Part shown: positions 12,551-24,491 of the stretch, piece after piece
How the letters are laid out: each line of letters starts with the position of its first letter
Numbering within the stretch: the first letter of the stretch is position 1
Origin: Haliotis cracherodii
Taxonomy: Eukaryota
Direction of reading: 5' to 3'
Assembly: GCF_022045235.1 (NCBI RefSeq)
Contig: NW_027266266.1
Span: 33,852,001-33,916,000 of the forward strand
DNA: 64,000 nucleotides
The notes under the pieces: generated by a model
The model's input: only the letters and a program-made list of their open reading frames with translations
Database searches by the model: none
What the model was told of the DNA's origin: nothing
Translations under genes and position numbers: made by a program

Positions 12551-14379
12551 CATCTGTTGAAAATTATTCAACAATTTGACATGCTAAAAACTGGAAGTGT
12601 ATCCATCAATCAATGTTAACTGCATGCAACACAAATCTTAAGTAATATATTAACACTGAAATGAACAGCAATATTATGAAAATTGCAACAGTTGTGAACA
12701 TTTCAAGTCATTTCAGTGGTAAAATTGCTTAAGTTGATAATGGCAGAGCATAGTTCATATGACATACCATATGCTATATGGGCCTATAGTGGACAATCCT
12801 AGTGGAAATTTTGAAAAAGAATAGACAAATCAGTGACAGGCAATCAACCAAATCACCACGCCTGACCACACAATTACGCAAGACCTATACATTGGCACTC
12901 CACTCATTCATGATGTCTAATGGAATAGTTTCTGTCTTCTTGTAGGGATGCTGACTTGTTAATTTGCTGCTAATTATAGCTTGGCTAATGCAGTAATGGT
13001 TTGAGGATATTCTAACATGCCTGAGTAGACTTGTCTATAGACATTGACGAATCAAATAATTGAAAAGTAAGTGATAAAGTTCAAAATAAGCAGAAGAAAA
13101 TAATGGCCCCAATATCGGTGCACCTGCATTATACCGGACACCTATCCGCCATGTTTGTTTGATGCCACTAATAAAGCTTCATGCGACAGCATCAATATTT
13201 GAAAAAATAATACAATAAAGCTCAAAATAAGCAGAAAGAATTACCATGTTGGATTTGTATGATTTAATATGATTAAACCTTGAAATTGAATATTAAATTA
13301 AATTTAAAAAGTACTCAATATTAGAAGTTCCATCATGGCATGCGCCAACCTTATCAGTGACATCCGTCGAAGACACATTTCAGCCAACACATTGTATTTT
13401 TTATCTACTTTGGTAATGAAACATTCCTTTATTTACAAAAGCATTTAATTCGAGCTTTTGTGTGTGGGGCAAGCCCCACCTCCCTCCCCAAACCCACTGT
13501 TTTTTAGCTATGCAGCAAAATATGGCATCTGGAAAACATGGAAACCGTTACTAAGGAATGAGCTCATGCACATCCATTACCAAAACATTTTAGAAGGTGT
13601 GCGGTATATTGCACTCAAAGCAAATCATAAACATCGTAAATTGACATAATGCAACATATTGATCGAAGATTTACTCGAAAATGCTGCACACAGAAATTCC
13701 ATAATGGCTTGTGGAAACCTTGAACATCCTGGCCACAACCACTGTGTTCATTGGGTCCACGTTTCAACAACTATATTGTATTTTTCATTAACTTTACTAA
13801 ACATATTTGGGGATATATGAATTTTAACTACACGTTAATAAAAGTCAGTTCATAATGTTGCGAATACCGACTGAGCTGAGCTGTACTTCATAAAGCCCTA
13901 TAGGCCTAGCCTATCACCGGACAGATTGGTTGTTGTTGTTTTTTATCTGTTCATCCAATTTTTGTGCGAAAATGCAATTTTATAGATTTATGTGTTATAA
14001 CTAAATAACCATCAAACTACAATTCATTTTCAAGAAAAGAATGGAAACAAAACGTGCCCAAATGTTACTTGAAACTACCTTCTCGATCATATGTCGGGCA
14101 AGTTTTTCATTTTCTGCGCAGTCGCAAATCTACTTCCTGTCTACGCTGATGCTAAATATGCAATTATCATCAACTGCAAGTATCGAGTTCAAATCCAAGT
14201 GGCAAGTTCTTTATTTTTTAGTGTTGAGTTTAACGTTATGCTTTTTTCAATTAAACATTTGCATGATATACAGGGACACCCGTTACTATTACTGATCTTG
14301 ATGCACTGTAGACACAAGGAATATTTTATGCGTCCTTCGGGATGCAGTATATTTTTTTCTATGTCCATTCTCTAAATTT

Positions 14380-14383
14380 GTGC

Positions 14384-14414
<31 letters not shown>

Positions 14415-14871
14415 CACACGGTGTACATGTAATATATAATAAAATGATAAAGTCCACGTTAGTCCATCATCTTCTCTTTATATGTTTCAGACAGTACTTT
14501 CGCTGTCTCATGACAGCTCTTCAGTGTAACTGACAATGACATATAATATATATAATAAAATGTGACTTCATAATGTATTTACACATTCCAGCGACGACAC
14601 CAAGTAATTTAACAATTGTAGGGAGACATTTGAATTAAAATATACAGTATTTGTAAAGAAACAGTGTAACATTTACGATTGAAATGAGATTCTATTACTA
14701 CATTCTAGAGTTCAATTTGGGTTTCATCAATTGGATAAACATTTGTTCTTTTTCCAGTCTCAGCTGCTTGTTACTTGTATACAATTAATAAAACGGAAAA
14801 ATGGTAAATTTCCCCGTTTCCGCAATCATCAATGTGTTTGCTGACACAAATACCCGTCGATATTATTTTAT

Positions 14872-14931
<60 letters not shown>

Positions 14932-15122
14932 AAAATGAGGTAAATGTTCACTCGGTGTACATGTAATATATAATAAAATAATAAACTCCACGTTAGTCCA
15001 TCATCTTCTTTATATCAGTTTCAGACATAGTACTTTCACTGTCTCATGACAGCTCTTCAAAGACAGCGAAAGTACTATGTCTGAAACTGATATAAAGAAA
15101 ATGATTGACTAACGTGGATTTT
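14380..15122. mobile_element. Penelope-like pseudo-LTR remnants (two direct copies and one inverted partial copy) next to (TA)n tracts
   Basis: 14418-14525 matches 14952-15059; 15061-15120 is an inverted copy; (TA)n at 14390-14413 and 14875-14929; hammerhead core present. Confidence 0.6.
14486..14532 (-). ncRNA. Minimal type-I hammerhead ribozyme motif (degenerate; second copy 15020-15060)
   Basis: Minus strand reads ACA-CUGAAGA-GCUGUC(AUGA)GACAGC-GAAA-GUAC-U; sibling copies supply the UA cleavage site followed by UGUCUG. Confidence 0.65.
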
Positions 15123-15987
15123 CCAAAAGTCAAAGGTCGAATTGAACTGATGTACATAGGTATTTTGGTTGATCAATGTCACAACCTAAAAGTAACCAAT
15201 ATTAAACATTGTTGTGTTCCAGCTGGGTAGGGACTACTTTCAGTGATTACAAACCAACATGGCATCGCCCTTGTCATTTAGAAATCAAGTCAGAATTAAC
15301 CACAGGAGAAACTACTGGGCTAACTGCTATGATTATCCAAAGAATAGTCTCATATACTGAAAATCAGTGTCCAACTGTGACGTAGCTAAGGCATTTTACA
15401 AGTTTTAGAAACTTTGAAGATATAAACAATTTAGCGAAGATACTTGTCTAGCGGGATCAGTTACCATATCTGTGCTTGTAGACCCCTGTGGCTTGGAACC
15501 TTTTCCCAAAATGAAAACAGTTAGAATTGACCAAAATATGTCTGAATTGTTATCTTGTTTACTTTTGTCGCTGTGTGTACATCTGACTGCACTTTGTGAC
15601 ATTATGACAGGACAGGCAGATTCTAAACAAACGTGATGTCTCAAAGACTAGGGTTAGAGTAGCTTCCCTTTGAAAAAGTGCAGACCAGTGGATTGCTGTG
15701 AAAGGCAAGTAGAAACAATTTGTGTAGGCAGTTGTTGTTTTGGCTATTTGTAGTTACGCCACTGTATAAGAAACAGATTTCAGTTGGAACTATGTTGACT
15801 GTTGTCACTGTCCGACTGACACATCACTTACCTTCTGACGTAATATATATTGATGCGCACATTCCAGGAAAACTTGCAGTGTTTAGGTAATGTTTGTGAG
15901 AGATGGGAAGAGAACAGAATTGAAGAATGACATTATTTCATAAAGAGGTTATCACATTTGTGTGTTTGGGGATGGTAAATATCCTGA

Positions 15988-18900
15988 TTTTTTCACGTAT
16001 CCTGCATTACTCCTTAATGCATTCACTGCTTGTTCTTGACATAGAAAGAGCTGTATGAGGTCTTGCTGAAGAAAAGGTTGTTCCAATTGTTAGAGTGGCT
16101 AACCCTATCACACAGCTCCCAACTGACCACGGAAGAGGTGACATCACTGATCAGCACATTACTGGTAAAAACAGATCATCTGAAGACATCATTGGGGGAC
16201 AGCTCTGCAATGGATAGGTTACTTTAGAATTAAGCTAAAATATCTAGTAAAATCATCTTATCCTGCATAACTCCTTAATGCATCTTTATCAGACGGCATA
16301 CCTCCTTTGACTCCAACCAATTAGCAACAATGATGGCCAGCACTGATCAGCACATTATAGCTGTCACCTAGAGAACAGTCACATGTTTGAGAACTCTGCT
16401 TAATCTATTTGAATCCTTTGCTGATTTTATCAACCCTATTATTACATTGTGATTGTTATTCTGCTTACAGTTTGTCTCTTCATATATTTCATATGATTTC
16501 TGCCATAGCATTATTATTAAATGCCTGGTGGTGGTGTTTGCCGTTCCAATTAGCCATTTTGAATTCATTGCGTGGTCACGTTTGTTCATGTCATGCATTC
16601 TGTATTCTTTATATTGCTTGGTTTCCTTAATTCATTGTCTTACCCTTACATATTACCGTTATTAAAGAGGTGGTTATTTGCAGTTTCTAGCTCCTCCAGC
16701 CGCGCGAGACAGAGACAGCACCTCCTATGGATCTTGGTGGTACCTCTACAGTCCGTTCTTTCTCGTCACACGGCTCTGCCTCTCCTGGTTCAACATCCAG
16801 ACACAGTGGAAGCAAGACATCCCATTCAAGATGCTGCTCTCTTGTCTGGTGCTCTAGAAACTACCATTCCGACTCATCTGTATGTAGACTCCCACCTCGG
16901 CTTCAAGCAGGTCCCTGACTGGCTAGCGAATTGCCTGGCGACTGTCACTCCTTCACAGGGTCCAGAGATGGATAAACATCCAACATCCGTCCATCCTGAT
17001 CTGATGATCAAAGACAGGATATCAGCTTATGACAAAAACTTAGCCAAGCTTTCACTTACCGCCTCCTTCAAAGCACCCAAGTACAGGAACCATCTGTGTC
17101 ATGGATACTAGACTGGCATACATCGAGACGAAAATTGATTGCTCCATCAAGTCTCTTTCTATAATGGCATCCACCTCTTCAATGGCCAAGTCTCTGCCAC
17201 CCACTCCAGTGTCTCCACGGCTAGAGACAAGACTGCCTTCAAGGCCTTTCGTGGCAGTAGCCGTGGCAAGGGGAAGTCTACTGGAACCTACCAGCCGCGC
17301 TGTGACCATTCCCATAGAGGGAATGGTGACACAAGAATAAGTGATGATACGACGGATGCCAACGACTCGAATGTCCCATCCCTAGTTCCAATTGTCGAGA
17401 CACCTGTAGCTTGGAGAATAAGACTCTACTAGCAGAATTGGACCCATAAGTTATCAACATCCTGCGCCACCAGTTTCAACTCACACTGAGAGATGACCCG
17501 CCACTGACATCGTCACCATAGCAGATACCTGCCCCCCAACACAACAGCAGCTCCTTCTTTCCAACATCCGCATGCTGCTGGCCAATATTCCTCGTCCCCC
17601 ATGAAGGATTCGGACTCAGGGATGTGGTCTTCATCAGTGGCACATCAACAACCTAGAAATAGAGGCTCTCATCCTGGCTCTCTCTCACTGAAAACAGGCG
17701 CTTCAGCACTCAGATCACCATATCCACAGACAACATCACCGTCATCGGTGCCTCTGCAATTAGAGGACAACCCACTCCTCCTCCCTGTTCTGACGTTCTG
17801 GTTCTTCCAACTAGTTGATCAACTGGAGCTCCATTTGTCAACACCTCGGCTACGCCAACATCGACCTATTTGCCACCAGCCAGAACTTTCAGGTCGAGAC
17901 CTTCATATCTCCAGTGCTGGATCCACAAGCCTGGGCAGTCGATGCCTTCATTGTCCCCTGGGAAGAACTAATAGTGTACGCTTTTCCACCACCAGTGATC
18001 CTTCCCAGGGTAGTTCTAAAGATTAGGTTGACAAAGAGCCTCGCTGTGACTTTAATAGCGCCTGCGAGAGGCTGGTTTGTGGATCTCAATGAGACGTCAG
18101 CCATCTTCATGCCTGGTCCATCTACAAAGAGCCCTAAGCACCAAGGGTTACTCGTCAGGGACGGCAAAAGCAATCACCTTGGCCGACAGACCTTACACCA
18201 GGGGCCTTTATGATGACATGTGGTGTTCCTTCGAGAGTTTCTATAATTCTTGACAGAATTTCTACTATTTCTGTGCCTTTGTCTGTGGGTCAGCACCATC
18301 AAGACCTACCTTGTGGCCCTTAACTCTGTCTTGGCAGTTCCGGAAGATAGAAAGAAAACCAAGATTCCGGCACTCCCAGCAACAGTCTTCCTCTTGGCTC
18401 TGGCAACAGCAGCATGATTGAGTGAACTGCATGCTCTGGATATCACCCATGTTAGTTTTGAGTGTGGAGCGCATAGGAAGCCATTCATCTTGGGCTGTGA
18501 AGGGACTTCATAGCCAAGAATCAACTCCAAGGACAGACAGATAGATCCTTCACCATCCTGTGCCTATCTTCAATACTTGGGGTTAAAGATGAACAGGAAC
18601 TTCTACTGTGTCCAGTACTACTATTTGTGCACTGCGATGCTTCATTCGACACTCAAAGATTGGTTGAGGACAACAATGCCACCTTTTCATCCCAGTATCT
18701 ACGACATTGTAGGTGGAAGTCAGCCGCAAAACGATCACAATATGGCTTCACGCCATCATTCTTCAGGTCTATGGGGACTGGGACTGGACCCTCATTGAGC
18801 CAACAACCCGCATGAGATCTGGGTGGTCACCTGTACCATAATGCTTCACAGCAAATGTTCCATCCATGCCATTATGGAAGGCTGCTTCCAGTGGACACAG

Positions 18901-19596
18901 TCTTCACCCGCCACTTCTCGCAAGATGTTGCCTTAGAAGACGTCTAAGGTGGCCACAGCTTTGGCACTTTTGTGGTTGCCGAACAGGTCAGTGCCCCAGC
19001 ATGTCTGGAACCAACCTTTCGACCTCTCCCAGACACCCCAGACTAGAAGGTTACATGCTGCACGCATTGGTTCTAGACTTTAGCTTTGCTTAATTTTTAT
19101 TACTGCAATTATATTTGGACATCACGCATACCTCACTCTCTCGTCTCCTACCGACAGGAAAGGTTACTCAGTGCCAGACATCGCTGTTGCTGATTGGTTA
19201 GAGTCTATAGAATGTTTATTGAAGATCACATCTGAAGGTATGCTGTCTGATAAAGATGCATTAAGGAGTTATGCAGGATAAGTTAAAATATCTAGTGAAA
19301 TCTGGATATTTTTTATATTTGTATACTTATCCTGCATTACTTTGTCTAAAGTGGCCCACCTGTTGCAGAGTTGCCCTCCCATGATGTCATCAGATGATCT
19401 GTTTTTACCAGTAATGTGCGGATCAGTGATGTCACCTCTTCCGTGGTCACATGGGAGCTGTGTTAGCCACTCAACAAGGTGGAACAACTTCTTCTTCAGC
19501 AAGACCTCACACAGCGCTTTCTCTGTCAAGAACAAGCAGTGAATGCATTAAGGAGTACTGCAGGTTAAGTATACAAATATAAAAAACATCTGTATT
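15988..19596 (+). mobile_element. DIRS1-like tyrosine-recombinase retrotransposon copy 2, internally deleted
   Basis: Left ITR ~15988-16230 is inverted relative to the right ITR ~19340-19570; ICR 19256-19340; gag-like 16700-17340; DLFAT...AWAVDAF...W...YAFPP methyltransferase-like domain 17815-18070; YR motif TVFLLALATAA*LSELHAL at ~18383-18440. Confidence 0.88.
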
Positions 19597-19674
19597 GCCA
19601 AGGCTTGTTAAATACAATGTTTATTCCTAATACAGCATATTTACCATCCCTAAACACACCCACATGATAACATC

Positions 19675-20243
19675 TATATACCGATGATGTGTTGTAATCT
19701 CAGTGTTTGGTATTAATCTATGCCGATGATATGATGTAGTCTCCATGTTTGATATTAATTTATGCCGATGATATGTTATTGTTTCCATGTTTGATATTAA
19801 TCTTTGCTGATGATATGTTATTCTCTCCGTGTTTGATATTAATCTATGCCGATGATGAGTTGTAGTCTTCGTGTTTGATATTAATCTATGCCGATGATGT
19901 GTTGTAGTCTCAGTGGTTGATATTGATCTATGCCGATGATGTGTTGTAGTCTCAGTGGTTGATATTGATCTATGCAGATGATGTGTTCTAGTCTCTGTGG
20001 TTGATATTAGTCTATGCCGATGATGTGTTCTAGTCTCAGTGGTTGATATTAATCTATGCTGATGATATGTTGTTGTCTCAGGGGTTGATATTAATCTATG
20101 CCGAAGATGTGTTGTAGACTCAGTGGTTGATATTAATCTATGCTGATGATGTGTTGTTGTCTCAGTGGTTGATATTAATCTATGCCGATGATGTGTTGTA
20201 GTCTTCGTGTTTGATATTAATCTATGCCGATGATGTGTTGTAG
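19675..20243. repeat. 42-bp minisatellite, ~13.5 copies, whose last copy supplies the splice acceptor of exon B
   Basis: Unit TATTAATCTATGCCGATGATGTGTTGTAGTCTCAGTGGTTGA. Confidence 0.93.
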
Positions 20244-20345
20244 GCAAGTTTTCCTTTCCTGCGATTGTGAATGGTTTGTCTGATCTCCTTCATGATGATG
20301 ATCCAAACATCCGGGCAGTGGCTGCCATAGCTCTTGCCAAAGCAG
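20244..20345 (+). CDS. Host gene exon B, HEAT/PBS-lyase-like repeat (GKFSFPAIVNGLSDLLHDDDPNIRAVAAIALAKAG)
   Basis: tgtag acceptor, gtgagt donor at 20346, phase 1-1; L.D.D..IR..AA.AL HEAT motif. Not in the ORF track; translated by hand. Confidence 0.88.
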
Positions 20346-20869
20346 GTGAGTGATAGCATGAGTAAGAGTGGATCTGCCTCCTGACACTAATCTGGACGAG
20401 TGTTGAAACTATACATTATGACTGAATTTGGCTAGTTAAATGTGGGACTTTTATTACCTGAATCTTACTTCACCACTTTAGGCTTGAAATGATTTGTTCT
20501 ATTGAAGTAGTTGCAAGGAATGTCTATGACGACTCTCAAGAAGTCTTCATATTTACACACTTCTAATACTTGTGAGTTACATGTCAGTTACATCTCAACT
20601 GACTATTGTTGTAAAAAAACATGCAATGTATAGATTACAATGTCAGAAGTTCTATGTAAGCTGAAACTTGGCAAGTATGATCCCAGTTATAGTGTCACTG
20701 AAACATGCTCACAGAGTTATGATCTGATTTTAAACATGGCTGCCCCAGTGTCCCATGGAACTTGTCATTTTGCTCTTTCTTCAGACATTTCTGTATCATC
20801 ACTGTAACGTGTTGATTCCCAAGTTAAAACATGTTTTAAGGGGCATAGAATGGATATAACTCGTAATAG

Positions 20870-20971
20870 CCACTGGGGGTGCTCCGATTGAGCCCAGAAA
20901 TTCCAGCCTAGTTCAGCAGGGGTGGAAACTGAACTTTTATTGTCAGTTATCTCCTTTGCCTCGGGAAGATG
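20870..20971. mobile_element. Terminal fragment of the CATCTTCCCGAG MITE family
   Basis: Matches the TIR at ~24950-25034. Confidence 0.75.
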
Positions 20972-21597
20972 ACAGCTTCTAAAGTCTGTTGGTCCTGATG
21001 GCAGCCTGACAGTCTGGCATTTTTTATATTTCAAAGTTAAAGTTTCAGTTAAATTCAGTGTATTCATGATCAGATCGTTTTGTATGTGTACCTAAATAAT
21101 TTTTGCCAGGGCTGCATCAATACGATTCCCATTTGGACATTTTGTACCCAGCTCTCAAGACCTATATATATAAGGGGTGCCCAGATAGGGCCAGGTAATA
21201 GGGCATCAGGTACCTGGTTAGTAAATGTGGGCTCATCCAAGACCTACATGTTTTCATTCTGACCCATCTAAGGCCTTGGCCATTCACATGTGTTAGATAT
21301 CTAGTTTTGCAGCATTTTGGACATCTTCCCTGAAAGCTTCTTCAGTGAAGCTGAAAATATCAATGATGATCCCATCAATTGTGGCCACAGACATATCATC
21401 TAATTTAAAACATGGTTATTTTAGCAACCTATAGACTTTGTCATATTATTTCCTCAGCTATTTATGTATGTAACATTGACAAATTTGATATGCAATAAGT
21501 ATGTTGGATAAAAAATAATAAAACTGTTTTAGAGAATCAAGGTTTCTTTACCCCAGACCTAAGGCTTATCATTATGATAAATTCATGTTTTGTTGGA

Positions 21598-21885
21598 ATC
21601 TAGTGGATAGAGCATATGCCAGGAGAGCAGAAGGTCGGTAGTTTGATCCTCGGCCATGTCATAAAAAAGATGTACTTGTTGTTACCCTGCCTGGCACTCA
21701 GCATTAAAGGGATAAAGCAAGGTCTGTTAGCTCGGAGTCAGTATACGACGTGGTATCTCAGTGGTCTAGAACTATGAAACCAGCATCGGTCTGGACTAGT
21801 ACAAACATGTACACACATGTACCTGCTCGTCGTTGTGTAAGTGCAATAATCTTAAACACAATGTTAAACCCCATTTCACCTCACA
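21598..21885 (+). mobile_element. tRNA-derived SINE (Meta-domain-like), diverged
   Basis: Colinear with 47702-48070. Confidence 0.7.
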
Positions 21886-22504
21886 TATTTTACTAGTCTC
21901 ATCTACCCTTCTGTTGTGACCTTTATGAAATTATTGGAGAGAATTTTAGATGACCTACTGAGCCTTAAATTGTGGCTCCACCTTGTTTGTATTAGTGTCG
22001 TGGCTTTAATGAATATCGGGTGTTGATTGTTATGTTCTGAGGCTCACATAAAGGAAATTGTGTATTTGTAATATATCTGTTGGTTGTGGACAATACATGA
22101 TGTCACAGAGGTATGTACACAAAAGCTGGAGTCAATGGAAGAAAGTGTTTCGGTATGACTACTCGGTAAAATAAACAGAGGTCTGTGACATTTGGACAAA
22201 CTTGAGGAACATGCATTCGCAGTGAATAAGTTCAATCGAAAAATAGTATCTCGAAAATAGCAGGCCCGTGGTGTAACTTCAAGATATCCGGACACTGGAA
22301 ATAATGAGGCATGAACATCCAGACAGATCAACTAACAGTATTACAGACACTTTGCAATACGATTGCAAACACGATAAATTAAGAAGACAAGACCTGTATG
22401 TGAGGACAAATTGAAATGAATTTTCACCGGCAATGAACAATAAGAACTGTAACAAGTTATGACAGTGTAGGATTGATATAATGTCTACATGTACATACAC
22501 CTTC

Positions 22505-22708
22505 TTAGGCAATGCAGCTATCAGTGATGATGACATCATAGCAGCTGTGGAGAACTTTTTGAATAGCCAAGAGAAGGTTAAAATCTCTCCGACATTGTTG
22601 GCAAAAGTGTTTCAATGTGGAAGAGGATTATTATGAAAAATATATCATTATAATGTTTTTAGATCAAGTCTTTCTATGTGAATCTCAGAACATACCTATC
22701 ACCCCTCA
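22505..22708 (+). mobile_element. Mariner 3' fragment
   Basis: SDDDIIAAVENFLNSQEK...WQKCFNVEEDYYEK resembles a mariner transposase C-terminus; TIR-like end ...ATCACCCCTCA|TA. Confidence 0.6.
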
Positions 22709-22777
22709 TATGTATATATCGAAAGTTGAGTGTCGTGGTCTTAAGTTTGCCTCATATTGCTTTTGTTGATGTGTCAG

Positions 22778-22913
22778 GCAAACAGAGGCGAGAAACAGTT
22801 GATAAGCTGATCAGCATTATGGAGGACGAGGATCGACTGGTGAGGGAAAGTGCATGCCTGTCTCTTGGATACCTCAAGTCCCAGAGAGCTGTCTCCTACA
22901 TTGTAGACAGATG
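22778..22913 (+). CDS. Host gene exon C, HEAT-like repeat (KQRRETVDKLISIMEDEDRLVRESACLSLGYLKSQRAVSYIVDRW)
   Basis: gtcag acceptor, gtaggt donor at 22914, phase 1-2; D.D..VR..A..SLG motif. Confidence 0.88.
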
Positions 22914-23156
22914 GTAGGTATACACAATCAGCCTCATATAAACAGCTGATATTTCTTCCAGATGATCAGCAAAATCTGCTATAACCTTGGACCATCACAT
23001 AAATCAATCAAGTGTACAACATTGCAATGGCAGCCATATTAATAGAACAGCCTTTCCTGCATTTATTGTTTATGAAATTCATTGTGTAGAAGTATTTGGT
23101 ATACCTTTACAACATGTGTTAAATATGTTTATGATTGATATTATATTGTTTTGAAT

Positions 23157-23350
23157 CCCATATGGATTCAGGTTTAAAATAGGTCTTTCATCACCCCCAT
23201 GCTGGTTGTAAGAGGTGACTTCATGGATTGGGTGGTCAGGTACCTTGTCACATAATAGCAATCTCTGTTTTGTCTGATCTTCATTCATTTATATTCAACT
23301 GTCATATGACTGGAATATTGCTAAGTGGGGTATTAAACAGCAAACCAAAG
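23157..23350 (+). mobile_element. Degenerate Nin-like SINE
   Basis: Diverged match to 23516-23768. Confidence 0.6.
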
Positions 23351-23515
23351 GTTTTTTAGGTAAAATTTTACTTTTGAATTTGCTGTGTCCTTTGACCTTT
23401 ACATGCCTCTTTTTAGGTTACCTGACTAAAAGTCAAGTGAGCTTATGTTGTGGCTGGTTCTCCTCAGAAAGCACTGGACCTATGAAGCTGAAGCTGAAAT
23501 TTCACATGCTCATTC

Positions 23516-23768
23516 CCCCGTGAAGATCGGGGGTAGAGTAGGTCTTCAGCAACCCATGCTTGTCATAAGAGGTGACTAACGGGATAGGGGGGTCAGACTC
23601 GCTGACATGGTTTATGCATGTCATCGTATCCCAGTTGCGTGGATTGATGCTCATGATGTCAGTCACTGGATTGTCTGGTCCAGAGTCGATTATTTACAGA
23701 CTGCCATCATATGGTGAGAATTTTGCTGAGTGCAGTGTTAAACAAACGAACAAACAAACAAACAAACA
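23516..23768 (+). mobile_element. Nin-domain-like SINE with (AAAC)n tail
   Basis: Core CCATGCTTGTCATAAGAGGTGACTAA; degenerate TSD ACATGCTCATTCC / ACATGTTTATTCC. Confidence 0.8.
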
Positions 23769-24491
23769 TGTTTATTCCCACCAATGATGACACCCCAATT
23801 GTTCAAGAGGTTTGAATCTGTTCTCCCACAGCAGCCATATTGAAAAACCTATTTATGACCATTAGTGGGCCATTTGTTTGCAAAGTGTAATAACATGTTG
23901 TGTTTGTTCAGTTGTTTGTGGGAACCAAGAGACGCTTTATTTTTCTTTGTGATATTTTACATTTTGACCTTCACTGACCTTTGCACTTCAACCATACTGC
24001 AAACTGAAACTCCTTAAAGGGGCATCTGCAGTAGGAACTACCGCACTCTAGTGGGCGCAGCTTATACGAGTGATCTGACAGGTCAATATGCATCATGATA
24101 ACACATGAATTTATTTGGTTAATGTGTAAATGGGTGACGTCATGTGAACACCCACCCACATGGGACGTTTGACAACAAGGATGTAAGTTTTAATGGGAAT
24201 AAATATCCATCAAACAATTCCAAGTCTTTTCACCAAACATGTAGGTTTTGTTATGTCGTCTTCACATCTTCATAAAATGATACCTGGGAATGTCCACAAT
24301 TTATCCAACACAGTTCAACACACAAATTATAGTTCTGAGCTATTCCCTGGACGAGAATGAAATACGTTTGTCGTGATGAATAAGAGCAGTGATATTGAAC
24401 AAAAAAACATGATATGTGTCACGGCACCAATCATAATCCTGTAGTGTACTGTATATCTGCATTTTATGAATAGCATTTCTCACCATATATA

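Larger units (their letters stand above)
3714..15227 (-). mobile_element. EnSpm/CACTA (CMC)-type DNA transposon, decayed, carrying nested insertions
   Basis: Termini CCCAGCAGG...CCAGCTGGG, TA duplicated on both sides, subterminal (TTGAAACAACG)-like arrays 3730-3975; the flanks rejoin into repeat X; internal transposase remnants. Confidence 0.8.
3600..19680. mobile_element. Split copy of non-coding interspersed repeat X (pieces 3600-3713, 15228-15987, 19597-19680)
   Basis: The pieces are colinear reverse complements of 49146->49030, 49027->48376 and 48375->48295. Segment 15861-15987 is extra relative to that copy. Confidence 0.8.

Noticed and set aside
19627-20247. 206-aa His/Thr-rich ORF on the minus strand
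   Set aside because: Translation of the 42-bp minisatellite antisense to an intron.
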